Below the pieces are notes generated by a model. That model ran no database searches and was not told the origin of the DNA. It saw only the letters and a list, made by a program, of their open reading frames with translations. Below are positions 1-14,252 of a stretch of 64,000 nt of DNA, piece by piece. Source of the stretch: Chrysomallon squamiferum (taxonomy: Eukaryota; Animalia; Mollusca); NCBI GenBank assembly GCA_012295275.1, contig CM022671.1, positions 2,046,001 through 2,110,000 of the forward strand, given 5' to 3'. The translations under genes and the position numbers were made by a program. Each line of letters opens with the position of its first letter. The first letter of the stretch is position 1.

Positions 1-257
1 GACATTTTCCTGAAAAGAAAAAAACAATTCCCCTGCTAATAACACAGTTATTGGATGAAAAGAAAAAACAACAACTCCCCTGGCTATTTTGCAAGAATTT
101 ACTCAGATTTGTAACATATTTCTATTTATGTAAATCTCAGTACTGTTACATCTTCATAAACCTGTTAGTTTATTGATCATCTTTATTACTATTATTATTA
201 TTATTATTATTATTATCAATACTTATGTTGGACCCAAAATAAATGTTAACTAGATAC

Positions 258-420
258 TTTATTTATAATTCCTCCACTTTCTACTACTCCTTCTTTTTCC
301 ATTACATACCTAAATAAGGATAATAAAATTATTTGAAGCAAGATTATACAAGATTTTATTTCAAGTAATTGATACAAGAATGCAAAATTAATATATTCAG
401 ACAAAAATAATAAACTAAAC

Positions 421-480
<60 letters not shown>

Positions 481-3400
481 ACTTTAAAACCCTGAATTGA
501 TTGAACAGATTACCACTGTGATTATGAAAAATTAATATAGCTATGCATACATGGAAAGCCGGTTATACAGAGAGGGTGGACAACATAAAAATGTGGATAT
601 TTGTAAAGAAAGGAAATAATGATTATTAGAAATAAATCAGTATTTTAATTTTTGAAACCAACTTACCCTACTGCAGAATCCAAAACAACAGCTGAATGTC
701 TGACACCTGAAGAACTATAAATATACCTGCTATTTTCATTTAAACTGAACAATAAGTGCCAATTCTTTGGCTGTTGTTTTACCTGTTCTTTTAGGGTTGT
801 TTTCTTTTAAAAGTAAATAAATATAGAGAAACAGAAATAAAGAATGAAACCACCCATACACATACAGAAACAAAGAATGAACGACATAGATATAACAACA
901 ATATATTTCAGATCCAAATGCAAATATATTTCTGAATATATTTTTATTTATAATGTGAATAAATTAATCCTTTTAAAATTTATTTTATGTCATGTTTTTT
1001 GTTGTTGTTTTTTAACTTTTCTTTGGACATAATGACATACATTTTCAGAATGCTGCTTTATTTTATTAATAACAAAAACTGTAACAGTATTAAATAATAC
1101 AATGATCTGGATATATATGAAATACATTTAGAATATTATTCTGTGTAACATCAAGGCTGATGTTAACAACCAATATCCAGTGTTTTCTTTAAGCCTAGGT
1201 TTCATTATCTATTTTAATAAAAAAGATTGCCTCTCTTTTTAAAATAGAAAGACAATGTGAATCTTTTTGAGAATGTGCTGAGAAAAAGGTTTTGTACAGT
1301 TTTGATAAATATTCTTGAGAATATGTTTTAAAAAATAAAATAAAATAAAATAATAATACATGAAAAAAGAAAATATTTTAAGTAAGATGACTATAAATTT
1401 ACTTAACGCTATAAATAAAAGATAATATTAAACAGATGAATGTTGGTTTTAATTTTCTTTACCCTGATTTGTCAGGAAGAGATTCTGTGACATAGACTTT
1501 AAATCTTTTCTTGGCTTCTGCAGCCTTCTTTAATATTTGAAGTACAACTCTTCATCGTGAATGTGTTAGTGCCGTCTACAAACAAGATAATTATAATAGA
1601 ACATTATTAATAATTATAATTATGAAAATGACCGTGATAATAATACTTTAAAGAGGTAGTAGTTGTAATAAATCCAGTAATTTACAACAATAATAAAAGT
1701 TACCAAGCCACAGAACAAATTCACTACTAAATAATTATTAAACTTAACTAAGTGTACTGACCAAAAATCTTAAAGGCCAGTGTAGATAAAAACTGGATAA
1801 CAACAGACTGATAAAGAGAGATAGTATATGTTTATATATGTGTGTATATATATGAATATGTGTATGTGTGTGTCTAGAAGGATGCTTGAATAGTTTATAA
1901 CTAGTTCACTGAGATCATTTACCATTAAATAAATTCATGGACACTATAGTAACTGATTGTCTCTGTATGCAATTAAAAGGAATTTGGATATTAGAACTTT
2001 TGAATTTAAGTATGAATTACATTTATATTGACATTTAAGGCCTGAATATAATTTATGATTACAAGCAAGGGGGAGATAACTTACTGCTCCATCTGTAATA
2101 AATAGATGAGCTAATCTGGCAATGTTTTGATGGGAAATTGCAACTTTTTGAAGAAATAAATTCCCTCACTGTACCAGAATGTTTTGACATTCTTGAAAAT
2201 CCTATAAAACAGAAATCACTGTAATTAAATAAAGAGATCTCTAAAATAACTACAAACTATTATGTGTGTGTGTGTGTGTGTGTGTGTGTGATTATGATAT
2301 ACACTATCTAACAATGAATATTAGACAACTGTAACAAATGTTATATGGCACAATAAATAAATGTATGTTACTATTAATTTACAGTAAAAAACAAGAAAAT
2401 TAATAAATCAATTTTATTTTGTCTTCTGTCAACAGGACGGAGATAAAACAGAGGAATATTTAAATATTAATGACAAACCTAACACAGATAGCAGATCTCT
2501 CATCCAAAATTTGAATGTTTTCTGATTCTCTGAGACAGTGATTCATTACAATTTATATTATGTTATTTTGGCCTCTGAAATTAAAGTTTCAGACTTGCTC
2601 CTTAATGTGTAGATCTTATTGGAAGGCTTGTTTGATAGAATCAATACTTACTGAATGCTGAAGATTTGCCAGTGTGATAAATCTTAAGAAGAGTTCACAT
2701 CCAGATGAAATTGATGTGACACTGCTTTCTGTTTGACTCAGGGTATTTATAGCATCCTTCAGTTGAGCTCTCATCTCAGCTAATGTCTCAGCTGTATAAT
2801 AAAAATTATAATAAACATAATAATAATAATAGTAGTTGTTACTGCTTTTTCAAAATCTGGTACAAACTCATATTAATAATATTTAATGAATTTACTTATT
2901 AAAATAGCAAACTGAAGGCAAGCACCTTTCTATATTGAAAACAATTACCTTTATTTGCTTCAATAAATTTGAGAAGAGTTTTAATGGCAGCAACAGCAGC
3001 AGACATGTCTGGGTCATCTTTGATTAACTTGTCAAAGTAAGTCAAGATATCTGAAACACAGTTTGTCAAGTAAAACATACTGAATTTGTTGCTTGTGCAA
3101 ATAGGTGAGTCATATGTATATTTACAAGTTATTCTTTCATCTGGATATTTTCACCTGTTTTAGAAAACATATTAAAAATGAAGTATACCTATATTTGTTC
3201 GGATTCATGGAAGATATGCACAGGTGAGGTAGAAATTAACAAAAAAAGTATAATTTTCCAAAAGAAATAGACTAATATAACAACTTTGCCAGTAATCTAT
3301 GCTAATCTGTCCTCTAATCTAACCCTGATATTTTCCTATAAATATATTTTGTACATTCAGTCTGCAAGATATCTATGTCTTAATGATGCTATGTCAGTAT

Positions 3401-4090
3401 GTGTCGCTAAGGAAATTAATAGAGAAACGAAATATATTGGAGAATTAGAGCAAAACAGATCTTAGCCTCAAATAAAAAATGGTGAAAATGTTAAAACTGC
3501 CAGTTTTTACCATTACAGCTGACAAAAATGATATTGTTGATGGATAATCTTGTAAACATATTGCTAATAAAACTGTTTATACGATTTAATTACATTAAAC
3601 AGAAAAAAGAACCACAGGATGATATTCTGTATTATAATACTTGCGGTCAAACTGTGTATACAGCATTGCCATACAGCAGCATTACTGCACACTCCTCAAA
3701 CAACAAAATGAACAGAAAGTAAAGAACAGATGAACAGTGAATATCAGTGTTACTGTTAGGTTTGTTTTGTGTTAAAACATTGAGCATGTTTTATAAAAAC
3801 ATTTCTGTGATTTTATAATTTTACAACTTACAAGACATCGTAAATAACAAATAACTATTAAAATATTATATTATTTATAATAATAACTAACCTATTAGTA
3901 TCAGAGTAACTATAAACTACAGCCCTACGATTCTTAATTATTATTTTCTATTTCACTTCTGAAAGTTTTCGTGTTTATAATTTATTTATTTCTTCTTCTT
4001 ATTATTATTATTATTATTTTGTTTTGTTACAGTGACATCGAAATAAAATAAAAATGTGTTTAACATGAATGTTATACCTTCCCTATTCAT
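258..4090 (-). pseudogene. EIF2B1: eIF2B subunit alpha, duplicated pseudogene copy 1 (exons 1-7; exons 8-9 would lie left of the window)
   Basis: GT-AG exons: 4078-4090 (MNRE), 2949-3050 (DPDMSAAVAAIKTLL), 2652-2791 (SSGCELFLRFI), 2085-2201, 1463-1575 (KKRFKVYVTESLPD), 667-706, 258-309 (EGVVESGGIINK). These match recalled eIF2B-alpha motifs. Lesions: in-frame TGA at 2166-2168 and 1552-1554; exon 6 is 40 nt versus 69 nt in copy 2 (frameshift); exon 7 lacks 24 nt (VDLVLVGV) relative to copy 2. Confidence 0.95.
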
Positions 4091-4220
4091 GTTCAACAGT
4101 GTTTCAGTTGATCCGAATAAAAGAAAGTTACAGATGGTGGTTTCGTCAGGAATCAGGGTGGGAGTTATGTCCCCTATTTAATCATTGTTACGCTGCCCAT
4201 GTAGATTAAGAAAAGACAAG
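4091..4220. promoter_or_regulatory. Putative bidirectional promoter between the EIF2B1 and GTF2H3 start codons
   Basis: About 130 bp separates the divergent ATGs (4090 minus; probable 4221 plus). CpG is visibly more frequent at ~3830-4650 than in the two gene bodies. Confidence 0.65.
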
Positions 4221-7200
4221 ATGCCAGTTGATAGCATTTTGTTCCGTTTCTCTGGCAGAAGTGATTTGGCAGTAAATAAACTAGGCACGAAAAAGATGTT
4301 ACCGTTACATTTCATTAAGCAGATGTAACTGTTAATTATGGGCGGTATGCGTCAATATATATTTTTTGTTTCTTTATTTAAGTTTAACAGAAACAGCTTT
4401 TTAAAATTACATTTTACAGTTTTGCTTTTATGTTTAAGAAAAAACTATTATTAGTAGTATTACTATAATAGAATAATAAAATATAAAAATATATAAATAA
4501 GTACTGCTTTTAAAATAGACTTTTATCTGTAAATTATTTATTGGACATTCTATTCAGGGCCACGTGATCGCTTTCTTAAAAGTAATTATTCAATTTATTG
4601 TTATATTTATTTATTTATTTATTTATCTTTTGTTTTTAAAAATGACGTGTATAATTCATGAGCATAGCTGATTAATAAAAAATCAAATGTGGTTTTGTTT
4701 AATAGTGGGTGTTATTAAATATCAAAATGTTTTTTTTTTCTAGTAAATACTTGTTTGTGCAAAATATTATCATTTTATAGATAAAAATATAAGCAGTCTT
4801 TTTGTCATTGTCCTGGACACAAATATGTTTATAAAATAAGAAAGAAGGTGAGATGTAACTATCACTGATATTTTAACTTTTGTTTCAGTAAAAGTAGGCA
4901 TATATATCCCAAAAAACCCACAAAACAACAACGCTGTAATCATACACACTGTATTATAATTAATATGTGGACCTACATATATATGTAATATGGTAGCTTT
5001 TGTATTGGTTTTGCAGATTAGTCTTTCAAAGTGCATGGATGCTGTCATGGTATTTGCAAATTCTCACCTTATGCTCAGTCATGAAAATAAACTTGCTGTG
5101 ATAGCAGCACACACCAATCAGAGGTGAGTTTACACTAACAAACAACTAAATAATTTAATATGTGATTAAAGGAACAGATAATTTATTATTGTATATTTTA
5201 TTTACTTTTTATTTATTATTTTACAATCAGGCAACTAAATGTTGTAAATATTGTGGTATGTTGTTTTCTGCCTTTGGAATGCAGTCAATGTCTTTGTGAT
5301 ATATCTAATACTCATTAGTAACATCTAATATTTACAAGTAATTGTTTCATTTGGATATTTTCACCAACTTTTGTCATCATTAAACATGAAGTATATCTTC
5401 GTATTGTTAAAATCATATACTATTTCAGTCAGTTCTTGTATCGAAAACACACAGTGGACAACACACAGTGGACAAGGCAACAGTCCTGTAGATATGGCCA
5501 GTGATGGAAAGTATGAGTTATTTGGTCTGGTGGATGGCTCCCTTCAGTCAGAAATGAAAAAACTTGTTATTAGCAGTAAGTCTTTATTATTGTTGGATGT
5601 GTGGAGTTAACCATTAAGCCCAGAACCATGGCATATTAATAATTACAATATTTCTATTTTTTATTGTATCACTTTTCAGTTTTTATGGATATTCTTTCAC
5701 TGTAAAAATTGAGCTGTCAGATAAAACTTAGGAGAGTACAACTTTGTAATTTGAAAAAGAAAATCAGATAAATTAATACATGAAACCACTTTGTCTTGTT
5801 AAATTCATCAACAAATTTAAGAACAGATCAAATTAAAACTTAAAATAAATGATGTCTGTGTAATCAGAGAACACTGTATTCTGACTGACTAATTTGATGG
5901 AAAATGTTTTCCTTAAAATAAAATTCATGAACATTATATTGTACAGTTGTGATTGTGTGTCTTTGTATGCAGTTAAAATGGGTTTTGGGTGTTACAACTT
6001 TTAAATTTAAGCATGTATTACATTTATATTGATATTTAAAGTCTGAATATAATTTATGGTTACAAGCAAGGGATAGATAATATTCTGCTTTATCTGTATT
6101 CAATTGATGAGCAAATCAGGAAATATTTTATTTACTTATTTGTATTTATAAATAATTTAGGTTTGGAAAGTGAAATCTTTCCTGATTCTTCTGAATTCTA
6201 ATTTTAAATATTGTGAATTAAAAAAATGTTATTTGTTTCTTGTCACACAACCATGGACAAGTTTTTAGTACAGCTGGTTATCAGACATAAAGAACAGAAG
6301 AAAAAATATAGGTGACAACTGACACAATATAGCAAATTCTGGATTAGTGATGATGTATAATAAAAAAGAAACTTGGAAATTCACAAAATGTGTTTACAGA
6401 TTAGGTTTCTGTGTTTCCCTAACTGTAGTTTAAGATATTCACAGAATGGAGAAAAAATGTTCATTTGAACAGACACAGTCTGCAAGGATTTTGGTAAATG
6501 AAATAAAAAATTTCACAAGCACATTTATATTTATATATATATATATATATAAAATATTTATTACACTTACTGTTTCCTGATTTTCATCTGTGTGTGTGTT
6601 TGTGTGTTTGTGTTTTTATTTATATCTCACTGCCAGACTGGAAGAATATTTTGAAATATGTATAATAAAATTTTGTTTTATCGATAATGAAAAAGTTAGC
6701 TTTATTTTTAGTAGGGAAAATTTTACATACTGTTTTTCGGTTCAAGTTGTCTATACTGCATAAAGTAAGTTTAAATATATGTTTCTTTGTTTCTAGGTAA
6801 TCAAAGGTTCTGAAGACAACAGTACTCTGTGAACAATATGAACTTTATGAACAATGGTTTTACTGCACAGAAACAGGCAAGAAACAGCTTGTTAATCAGT
6901 AGTTCAGCAACTAGAACACAGGACTGAAATATAATACACTTTTTCCCATTCTAAACTAACATCACTTGTACTAAACATATTTTTATTAAATAATTTGAAT
7001 GTAACTGGAAATATAACTCAAGATGTTTTTTAGGTTATTTTCCCCTGATACTGTTTATGGAGATTTATAGCTCAATATACAACTTGTAGGCCAGAGGGAT
7101 AAAGATTCATTTAAGGAATCTTCTTTAGCCTAATTCAGAAGTAAATATATTTTAAAAATTTAAAATATTTTTTTATTTACTATTTATTTTTTTGTTTCAG

Positions 7201-8877
7201 AATGTTGTTGTTGATGCTTGTGTTCTTGATAATGAATCAGGATTGCTTCAGCAGGTCTGTTACAATTTTCCATTTATTTGCAAAAATACATTTTTTAATA
7301 ACCTTTTCTTCCTCATAAATTGTTTTCTTAATTATTTATAAAACAAAAACCTAACAACAGTGTCATCAGTTTAAATTTCAGAATTACACCTGGTAGACTA
7401 TATTATCTATTTAACAGTGTATATGATAAATATGTAAAAAAGAAAAATAATAATAATGATTTTAAGAATACAGAACTGAAAACTTAATGTTTTTTTTTTT
7501 TTAGCCGATTTAGTTTACAAGGTTTGTGACATAACAGGAGGTACATATATAGAGATTCCACAAATGGCAGGATTTCTTCAGTACCTCTTGGTAAGTTCTG
7601 TACGATGTGATAGTTTTTCTGCTTTGTAACTGTCTTTTTGTTGTTGTTGTTTTTCCATGTATATGAAGTGTAACTGCTCCTAATAACTAAAAATTAATAA
7701 TATTTTACCGTCGTCAGTATTGAAAGTCTATGTGCAAATACATTTTTCTGCCCACTAATTTTTGATATGTCATGAGTATGCAAAAACTCGTGTTTGACAT
7801 CAAAGATTATTAATTATTTATAGTTAACAGTTTAGGTGTTGTTACTCTTGTTTAATTTTCAGTGGATTTTTCTGCCAGATCCCAATATCCGTTCCAAACT
7901 GACTTTGTCTCCAAAAGCTCAGGTGGATTAGTGAGCAGCTTGTTTCTGTCATCGAAATCTTATAGACATTGGTTATGTATGTTCTGTATGTTTATCTAGT
8001 AAGTGTTTTTTTTCTTATTCATTTAATAGGGGAATACTTTCTAGTTTTTTAGTAGATTTTTTTGTTTATTTTTTTCAATATTAATTTTTACTTATTTATT
8101 ATCTTTGGTGTAAGAAAAAAAAAATTAAATTTAAATTTACAGAAATAAATTATTGCCAAATGTATATAATTCTGATTGTTTGGATTACTAATCATAATGT
8201 ATTCAGAACAAAAAGCATACTTACTAACTGGTTCCCAGTCAAGATTTCTTCTTGGAAATTACACATTTTAAATGATATTCAGTAAGCTTATGGGTATAAA
8301 AATTAAAAGTATAATTTTTCTGAATAGGTACTATTACTAGTAGTATCATTGTTTTAATAATTAAATTATTATTTTTGTTGTGAAACCCACAGTGTACTAA
8401 TTTATTATCTGCATTTGTAATGGAGGTAGCTAACTTCAGACTGTGTTATAGAAACTTGTCTTGTCATTATTGAATGGTAATGTGAATTTCTTACCAGTCT
8501 ATTTATCTTTACTTTGAAAGTTTCTAATTTACTCGATTTGATGTTGGAAAGATTTAAATAACTTAAAATAGGTCAGAATGGTTTTAGAAACATGAAGGAA
8601 GTTCAGTAGATTCTGTAAAGTTATTGTAGTTACTTTAAAGTTATTGTTTCAGCTGTGTACAGTTGCCATTTGGTTATTTCATGTTTATTGCTTAAACAGT
8701 TGATTATTATTTTTATTCGTATTTGTAATGATAATAAAAAGTGTAGATGTAAGTTGGATAAATTAATTAATTTAAATTCTAAGTTTACTATTTGTCTTGG
8801 TTTACTTCAGGAGTACTTTCAAACTTCTGGGTCCACAAAAGCTGGGAAAGAAGAAATCAAAGAAAACATCAATATGA
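4221..8877 (+). pseudogene. GTF2H3: TFIIH p34 subunit, duplicated pseudogene
   Basis: Exons: 4221-4233 (tentative), 4781-4847 (LFVIVLDTN, PIWWG lost), 5017-5123 ([25 protein letters not shown]), 5429-5575 (DGKYEL), 6161-~6190 (truncated), 6435-6493 (IHRM..ARIL), 6797-6876 (VIKGSED..MNFMN..AQKQ), 7201-7254 (DACVLDNESGLLQQ), 7522-7590 (CDITGG..LQYLL), 7863-7998 ([21 protein letters not shown]), 8811-8877. Lesions: 14-nt tandem duplication at 5446-5473 with frameshift; TGA plus frameshift in 6797-6876; VDYR changed to VD** (TAG TGA) at 7929-7934. Confidence 0.95.
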
Positions 8878-9093
8878 AGATGTTCAAAATAAATCTCGTC
8901 AGAATAAATAATATCAGTTTGCTAATTTTTATGTTGTGTGTGTATGTTTGAAAAGCTGGATACTTTGAAAAATGTGATACATATTTATAAATATTATTAA
9001 GAAAATATGACAATTGTAAACTATGTATATAACCATTTAGATCATGACATTGAATAAACCAGTTTAATGAGAAAACAGCCTAATGGGTTTATA

Positions 9094-9145
<52 letters not shown>

Positions 9146-12100
9146 TGTGATGATGGTTATGCTTCAAAATGTTAATAAATGTGCTAAATAAATTTATTGG
9201 CCAGTTTTACCTGTAGACTAATGTGTTAATATAAGATGGAAAAAAGAAGAATTACATAATAATAATATTTATATGAACTCTGTGAATTACAACAGCCAAC
9301 ATTTGATTAAATACATTTGACAAATATCTGCGAGTTCTTCAAGACGGACTGATCAAAGTGTGGGCTACATACCTCCCTGTCTATGGCTAGATTCAGATCA
9401 AAGATAACCCAGGCAGCTAATAAAAATTTTAAAATTTAAAAGTGCATGTACAATCTTTTTTCTGCCATCCTTAATTTCTTTTAAAGGGAGATAAGTGCGG
9501 TGATACATTTAAAATTACCGTATACTTACACGTTTGACACGCATCCTCAGTGAACTCTTAATATTTTATGTATTAAAAATAACACTTTTACATATCACTT
9601 CTGCTAGCTTGATTTTACGAACATGTAGTTTATTACATTGTTGTTTCATTTGAAATGAAAATGCTGGCTACTTCATTTTGTGTAAAATATATTAAAACTA
9701 CATTATTATAAAAAAACAAAAAAAAATCATATGTATTACACTGGTTGTTCGTCATATTAAAGTAATGAAAAAGACGTATATAAATAAGCAAATAACGAAA
9801 CAATCGGTTTGCAGAGAAAAAAATTATTATAATTATTATTATTATTATTATTATTGTTTCTGAGGCCAAGAGACTATAACACTTTATATGCAAAAAATAA
9901 ACAAGATAAAATAAAGCACTGATAGTATAAAAATTGTCCATGACAAAACTTGCAAAGGTGATTAAAACAAGAACTGTGATAAAAGACAAACTGTTCTATA
10001 ATGTAATATCCATTGTTGTAACTGTGTCTGTGAGTGTATTCGTCATAAAGAAAACATAACATAAAATGGAATTATAACTGAACAGCCCGAGTTTGTATAA
10101 CAAGATAAACTGTGACATCAATACAAAACCTTACTTTTTTCTGTTTACCTTGGGTTTTCTATCCTTACTTCCATTCTCCTCCATTCTTTCTGTATTTCTT
10201 ATTCTTTTTTTGTATTTTTGTTTCTTTTCTTTTTTCATTTTTTTCTTTGTTTTGTTTCGTTTGTAGTTTTTGATATTTAGAGATAAAAACATAACTGAAA
10301 CATAGAAGTACAGATAGACTACGTTTTCCTTCTTAATCCATTTTTCTATCATTAATTTTTGTTTTCTTTTTCTTTTCTTTCTGCTTCATTTCTTAACTTT
10401 TCCAATTTTCTTTTCTTTTATTCATTTGTCTATATTTATTTATTTCTATATTTCCCTCTTTCTTTCTTTTATCTTTTTCTTTCTCATATCTTCATTTTTA
10501 AGTTTTCTTTTCTTTCATTCATTGCTTTTTATTTATTTATTTCACGTTCTTCCTGTACGTTATTTCTAAATATATTTTGTAGAGTTTGCATATGGTTGTT
10601 TTGTTTTTGATGTACTTTGTAACAACACATTTCTTCATGTTTTTAACACTGTAGCTGGGTGGTGTTTGTTTTCATTATTATTATTATTATTATTATTGTT
10701 CTTCTTGTTCTTATTATTATTATTGATGTTGTTGTTATTTAATTAATCATTGGTTATTTTAATGTGTTATCCATATATATAAAATTATATTTAAAGATTA
10801 CAACTAAAAGTTTAACATTTTTAGTTACCATATACAGTTTTCTTGTATATAATTTATCTCACTTTGTTAAATAATGCTAATACATTTTCTTCTTCTTCTT
10901 CTTCTTCTTCTTCTTATTATTATTATTATTATTATATATGGTTTTCGTGGTTGTGCTCCTTTTTCCTTTTTTTAAATGTAGTTTGTTTGTAACAACACAT
11001 TTCTTAACGCTTTTAACATTATGAGTGCGTGGTGTTTGTTCTCATTATTATTATTACCTTCTATCAAGAAGCAGAGTGGTATTATAACAAGAAGACGCAG
11101 CATGATTTTTAGCCCCACAGTCATCCAGTTAAGTCATAAACTAAAATAATAAGATCATTTATAAGGAAATAAATAAACTCTAGATAAACTCCATGGAGTC
11201 CTCAGAAAATACCTTTTACCGATAATTGTTAATCTGAGCTATAAGGTCAGAAAGGTCTATATTGGGTTGAGCGAAACAAAATTCTTTACATGTACCTTTC
11301 AAGGTAATGTATAATTTGTATAAAATGACTCACATTTCACACTTGACTGAATATCTTTAGATAACTACAGAGTACACAGAGTGTAACGAAGATGTTAATA
11401 ATATTACTAGCGATTTTTGTATTTACTTCAAACAGCAAATGCTGATCTTCTTTCTTTCACAACTAAGCGAATAAGAAGTGTATTTATGTTCTAAATGAAA
11501 GAACAAAAGAAAAACTGAACAAGTAAATAATAATAAAAAAAGAGAAACTACACTTATTATTATTACTATTTATTTAATTAATAAATTATTGTAATATGTT
11601 GTCCATATATATAAACATAAATTAATAATTACAGACTACAACAAAAGAAAGTTTAATATTTGTAATTAAAATATATAATTTTTCTTTTATATAATTTATG
11701 GCACTTTGTTAAATAATGTTATATATATATATATATGGTTTTCCAATGACAATACAAATTTTACTCCACACAAAATAATTTAATTCACTTTATTAAGTAA
11801 TGTTGATGCATTTAATCATATTTGGTACGTGTATATAACTTTTTTTATTCTATATTTTTTACATTTCATCTGCATATTAAAAATATTTTTAAGTATCGTG
11901 TAGAACAATAACAACATCAGCAACAACAACAACAATACTACTAATAATAATAACAATAATAATAAAAGTATTGCTGTAGTTATAATTAAGTAAATAATCT
12001 GTTATACTATATGGTTATAAATAAAATATAAAAAACAGGATATAATTAATATATTCTCTGGCCTCTGTAAAGAGTCTTTACGTCTTGTGTTTTAGCTTAT

Positions 12101-14252
12101 AAATCTGTTAATTCACTAAAGAAAGATTGTATTTTTTTCTACTATGAGTAATATGATATGTGTTATTTATGCCAGCTGTAGAAGATATAAAAGAATAAAT
12201 ACACCCAATGAACAAGATAATTTTAACTGTTACAAAACCTGACAATGTGTTGCTGTTAAAGGTATTTTTCTTATTTATTTATTTTTATCTTTAATTCCCA
12301 TAATGTTTCTGTTTTCTTTTCTTTCATTCATTCCTTATCATTTACTTATTTATAAATACATTTTTGTATCCTTTCCAAATGCTAAAGCAACTTATTTATT
12401 TATTTATTTATTTATTATCATCATCATCGTAATAATAATAATTATTGTTATTATTATCGTTATTGTTATCATCATCATTATTGTTTTTACTATCAATACT
12501 AGTGCACAAACTATTCATGTAAATTTGTAGAATAAGGTAGACGTTTTTCACTTTTCTAAAATCAATTTAATCTAAAACATCTTTACGTTAATTTTATTTC
12601 TGAATCAACAAACGTTTGACAAATGGTTAAATCATGTTCCTCTGCATTTTTTTTTTTTAATGTTTTGTCATTTTTCTTTTGACAGTAACAAATTATATAA
12701 CTAAAGCTGCTGTTAGACACGACAATATAAACAGTTTCCAGTTTTACAAGTTCTCGCCACATATTCAGAACATGATTTATAAACTATCATTTTTCTGCAA
12801 ACATATAAATCCTTGTTTTATTTATTTATTTATTTATTATGCTTTTATTGTACTTATTTATTTATTTATCTATTTATTATTATTATTGTTATTATTATTT
12901 CTTCTTATTTCTGTTTTTTTATTTTTTTTTTTTTTTTTGTTTTGATATATTATGAATGTTGATACCACGCTAATAATCAGATTTGTTTATTGAAGAAAAA
13001 GAAATAAAGAAACTATTCATTATTTCAATAACTGTCATTTCTGTACACTGCAGTGGTCGTAATTCCCCGAGAAAAAAAATATTTCTAACAAAAGAAACGT
13101 GATTGTGTATGGTAATTTGATAGCTGACGTAGTAACTGTTAGATCACGTGATTTTGAACGACTAATTAAATAAATAAAAGAGGAAGATATTTCGTGTTTT
13201 GCGAATTCCAACAAGATTATTAAACCGGTTCTATTAGTCATGCTAAAACTATCGTCTACATGTTACTTTATTTTTAAATTCAAATCCTATTATTAAATTA
13301 TTTTTATTTATTTATTTATTTAGTAGTAATAGTTATTGGTGTTGTTGTTCCTGTACTATGTTCTTGTGGTCGTTTTATTGAAAAAGCCATTCATCATGAT
13401 GCATTAAATAGAAGTTTAATACATTTAGTAGCAGGAGGACGAGATAGAGTTTTCACACACTTTTCTCTAACAATTCATGTCATTAGTATTGTTCATAAAT
13501 GTTTTTTTTTAAATCTTTGTTGAGCCATTATCTTTAGAAACATGATTAAGAAGGAAGATTGAAGTTTCAATTAAGTTTAACATTACATAAATTCAGTTCT
13601 TCCTCATCATAAATAAAGAAAAATGTCTTAAGTTGCCATCCCGAAACTTCTTTCGCTTATTTAATTACTTACTTTACACTAACTAAATATTTTTATTTTC
13701 CATATAGTAATCTCTGTAATTACATGAAGGAATGGCGAGATAAATAACAAACATATTTTTTTTTTTATATTAAAAGTATGAGTGACCAATTCTTTTCACT
13801 GTATGTATTTTGAAATATTGTTTCTCTTGACATAAATAATTAATCTTAAACACACATTATAAATTAAATATAACCATAGAACAAAAAAACATATAGAAAA
13901 CGAACAAACAAAAAAGTACCCGACATCAAACAATGATAAAGATTAATAACTTTAAGAAAGTTATAATATTAAAAAATAAATAAATAAATAAATACAAAAA
14001 ATTATACCACGGAAATTTCCAAACAGAATTATAACAACATCTACAATGTTAAAAGACAGTGTATTTGTTTCTCAACTTTCGATAGTTAAACATATTTCTA
14101 AGCAGATCAGAATTGTTAATATACATATAAATTGTAAAGTTTTCTTTCAAAATTTGATTATATTTTCCGTTATGCGCACCCTGGTTATGATCTTTCAAAC
14201 GTAAGTGATCTTGCTGACGTAGAAGTAACTGTTGTAAATGTGTTTATCATCA

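Noticed and set aside
1463-7998. In-frame TGA codons as selenocysteine, readthrough or an alternative genetic code
   Set aside because: They are accompanied by TAG stops, frameshifts and deletions of conserved motifs, so ordinary pseudogenisation explains them.
8653-8672. Expected short GTF2H3 zinc-finger exon (IFC..ICTTC)
   Set aside because: Only a doubtful remnant after a TTTCAG acceptor; it could not be aligned with confidence.
9481-9560. TTAAAGGG start suggesting a TTAA-targeting DNA transposon end
   Set aside because: No matching inverted end was found.
11359-11470. Signal- or TM-like peptide MLIILLAIFVFTS with an inverted homolog near 38530-38620
   Set aside because: It stops immediately, the donor is mutated and the frames are inconsistent between copies; at most an unassignable remnant.
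9633-12945. Many 60-120 aa hydrophobic ORFs here and throughout the ORF track
   Set aside because: They derive from (ATT)n, (TTTA)n, (CT)n and T-rich low-complexity DNA with no splice or homology support.
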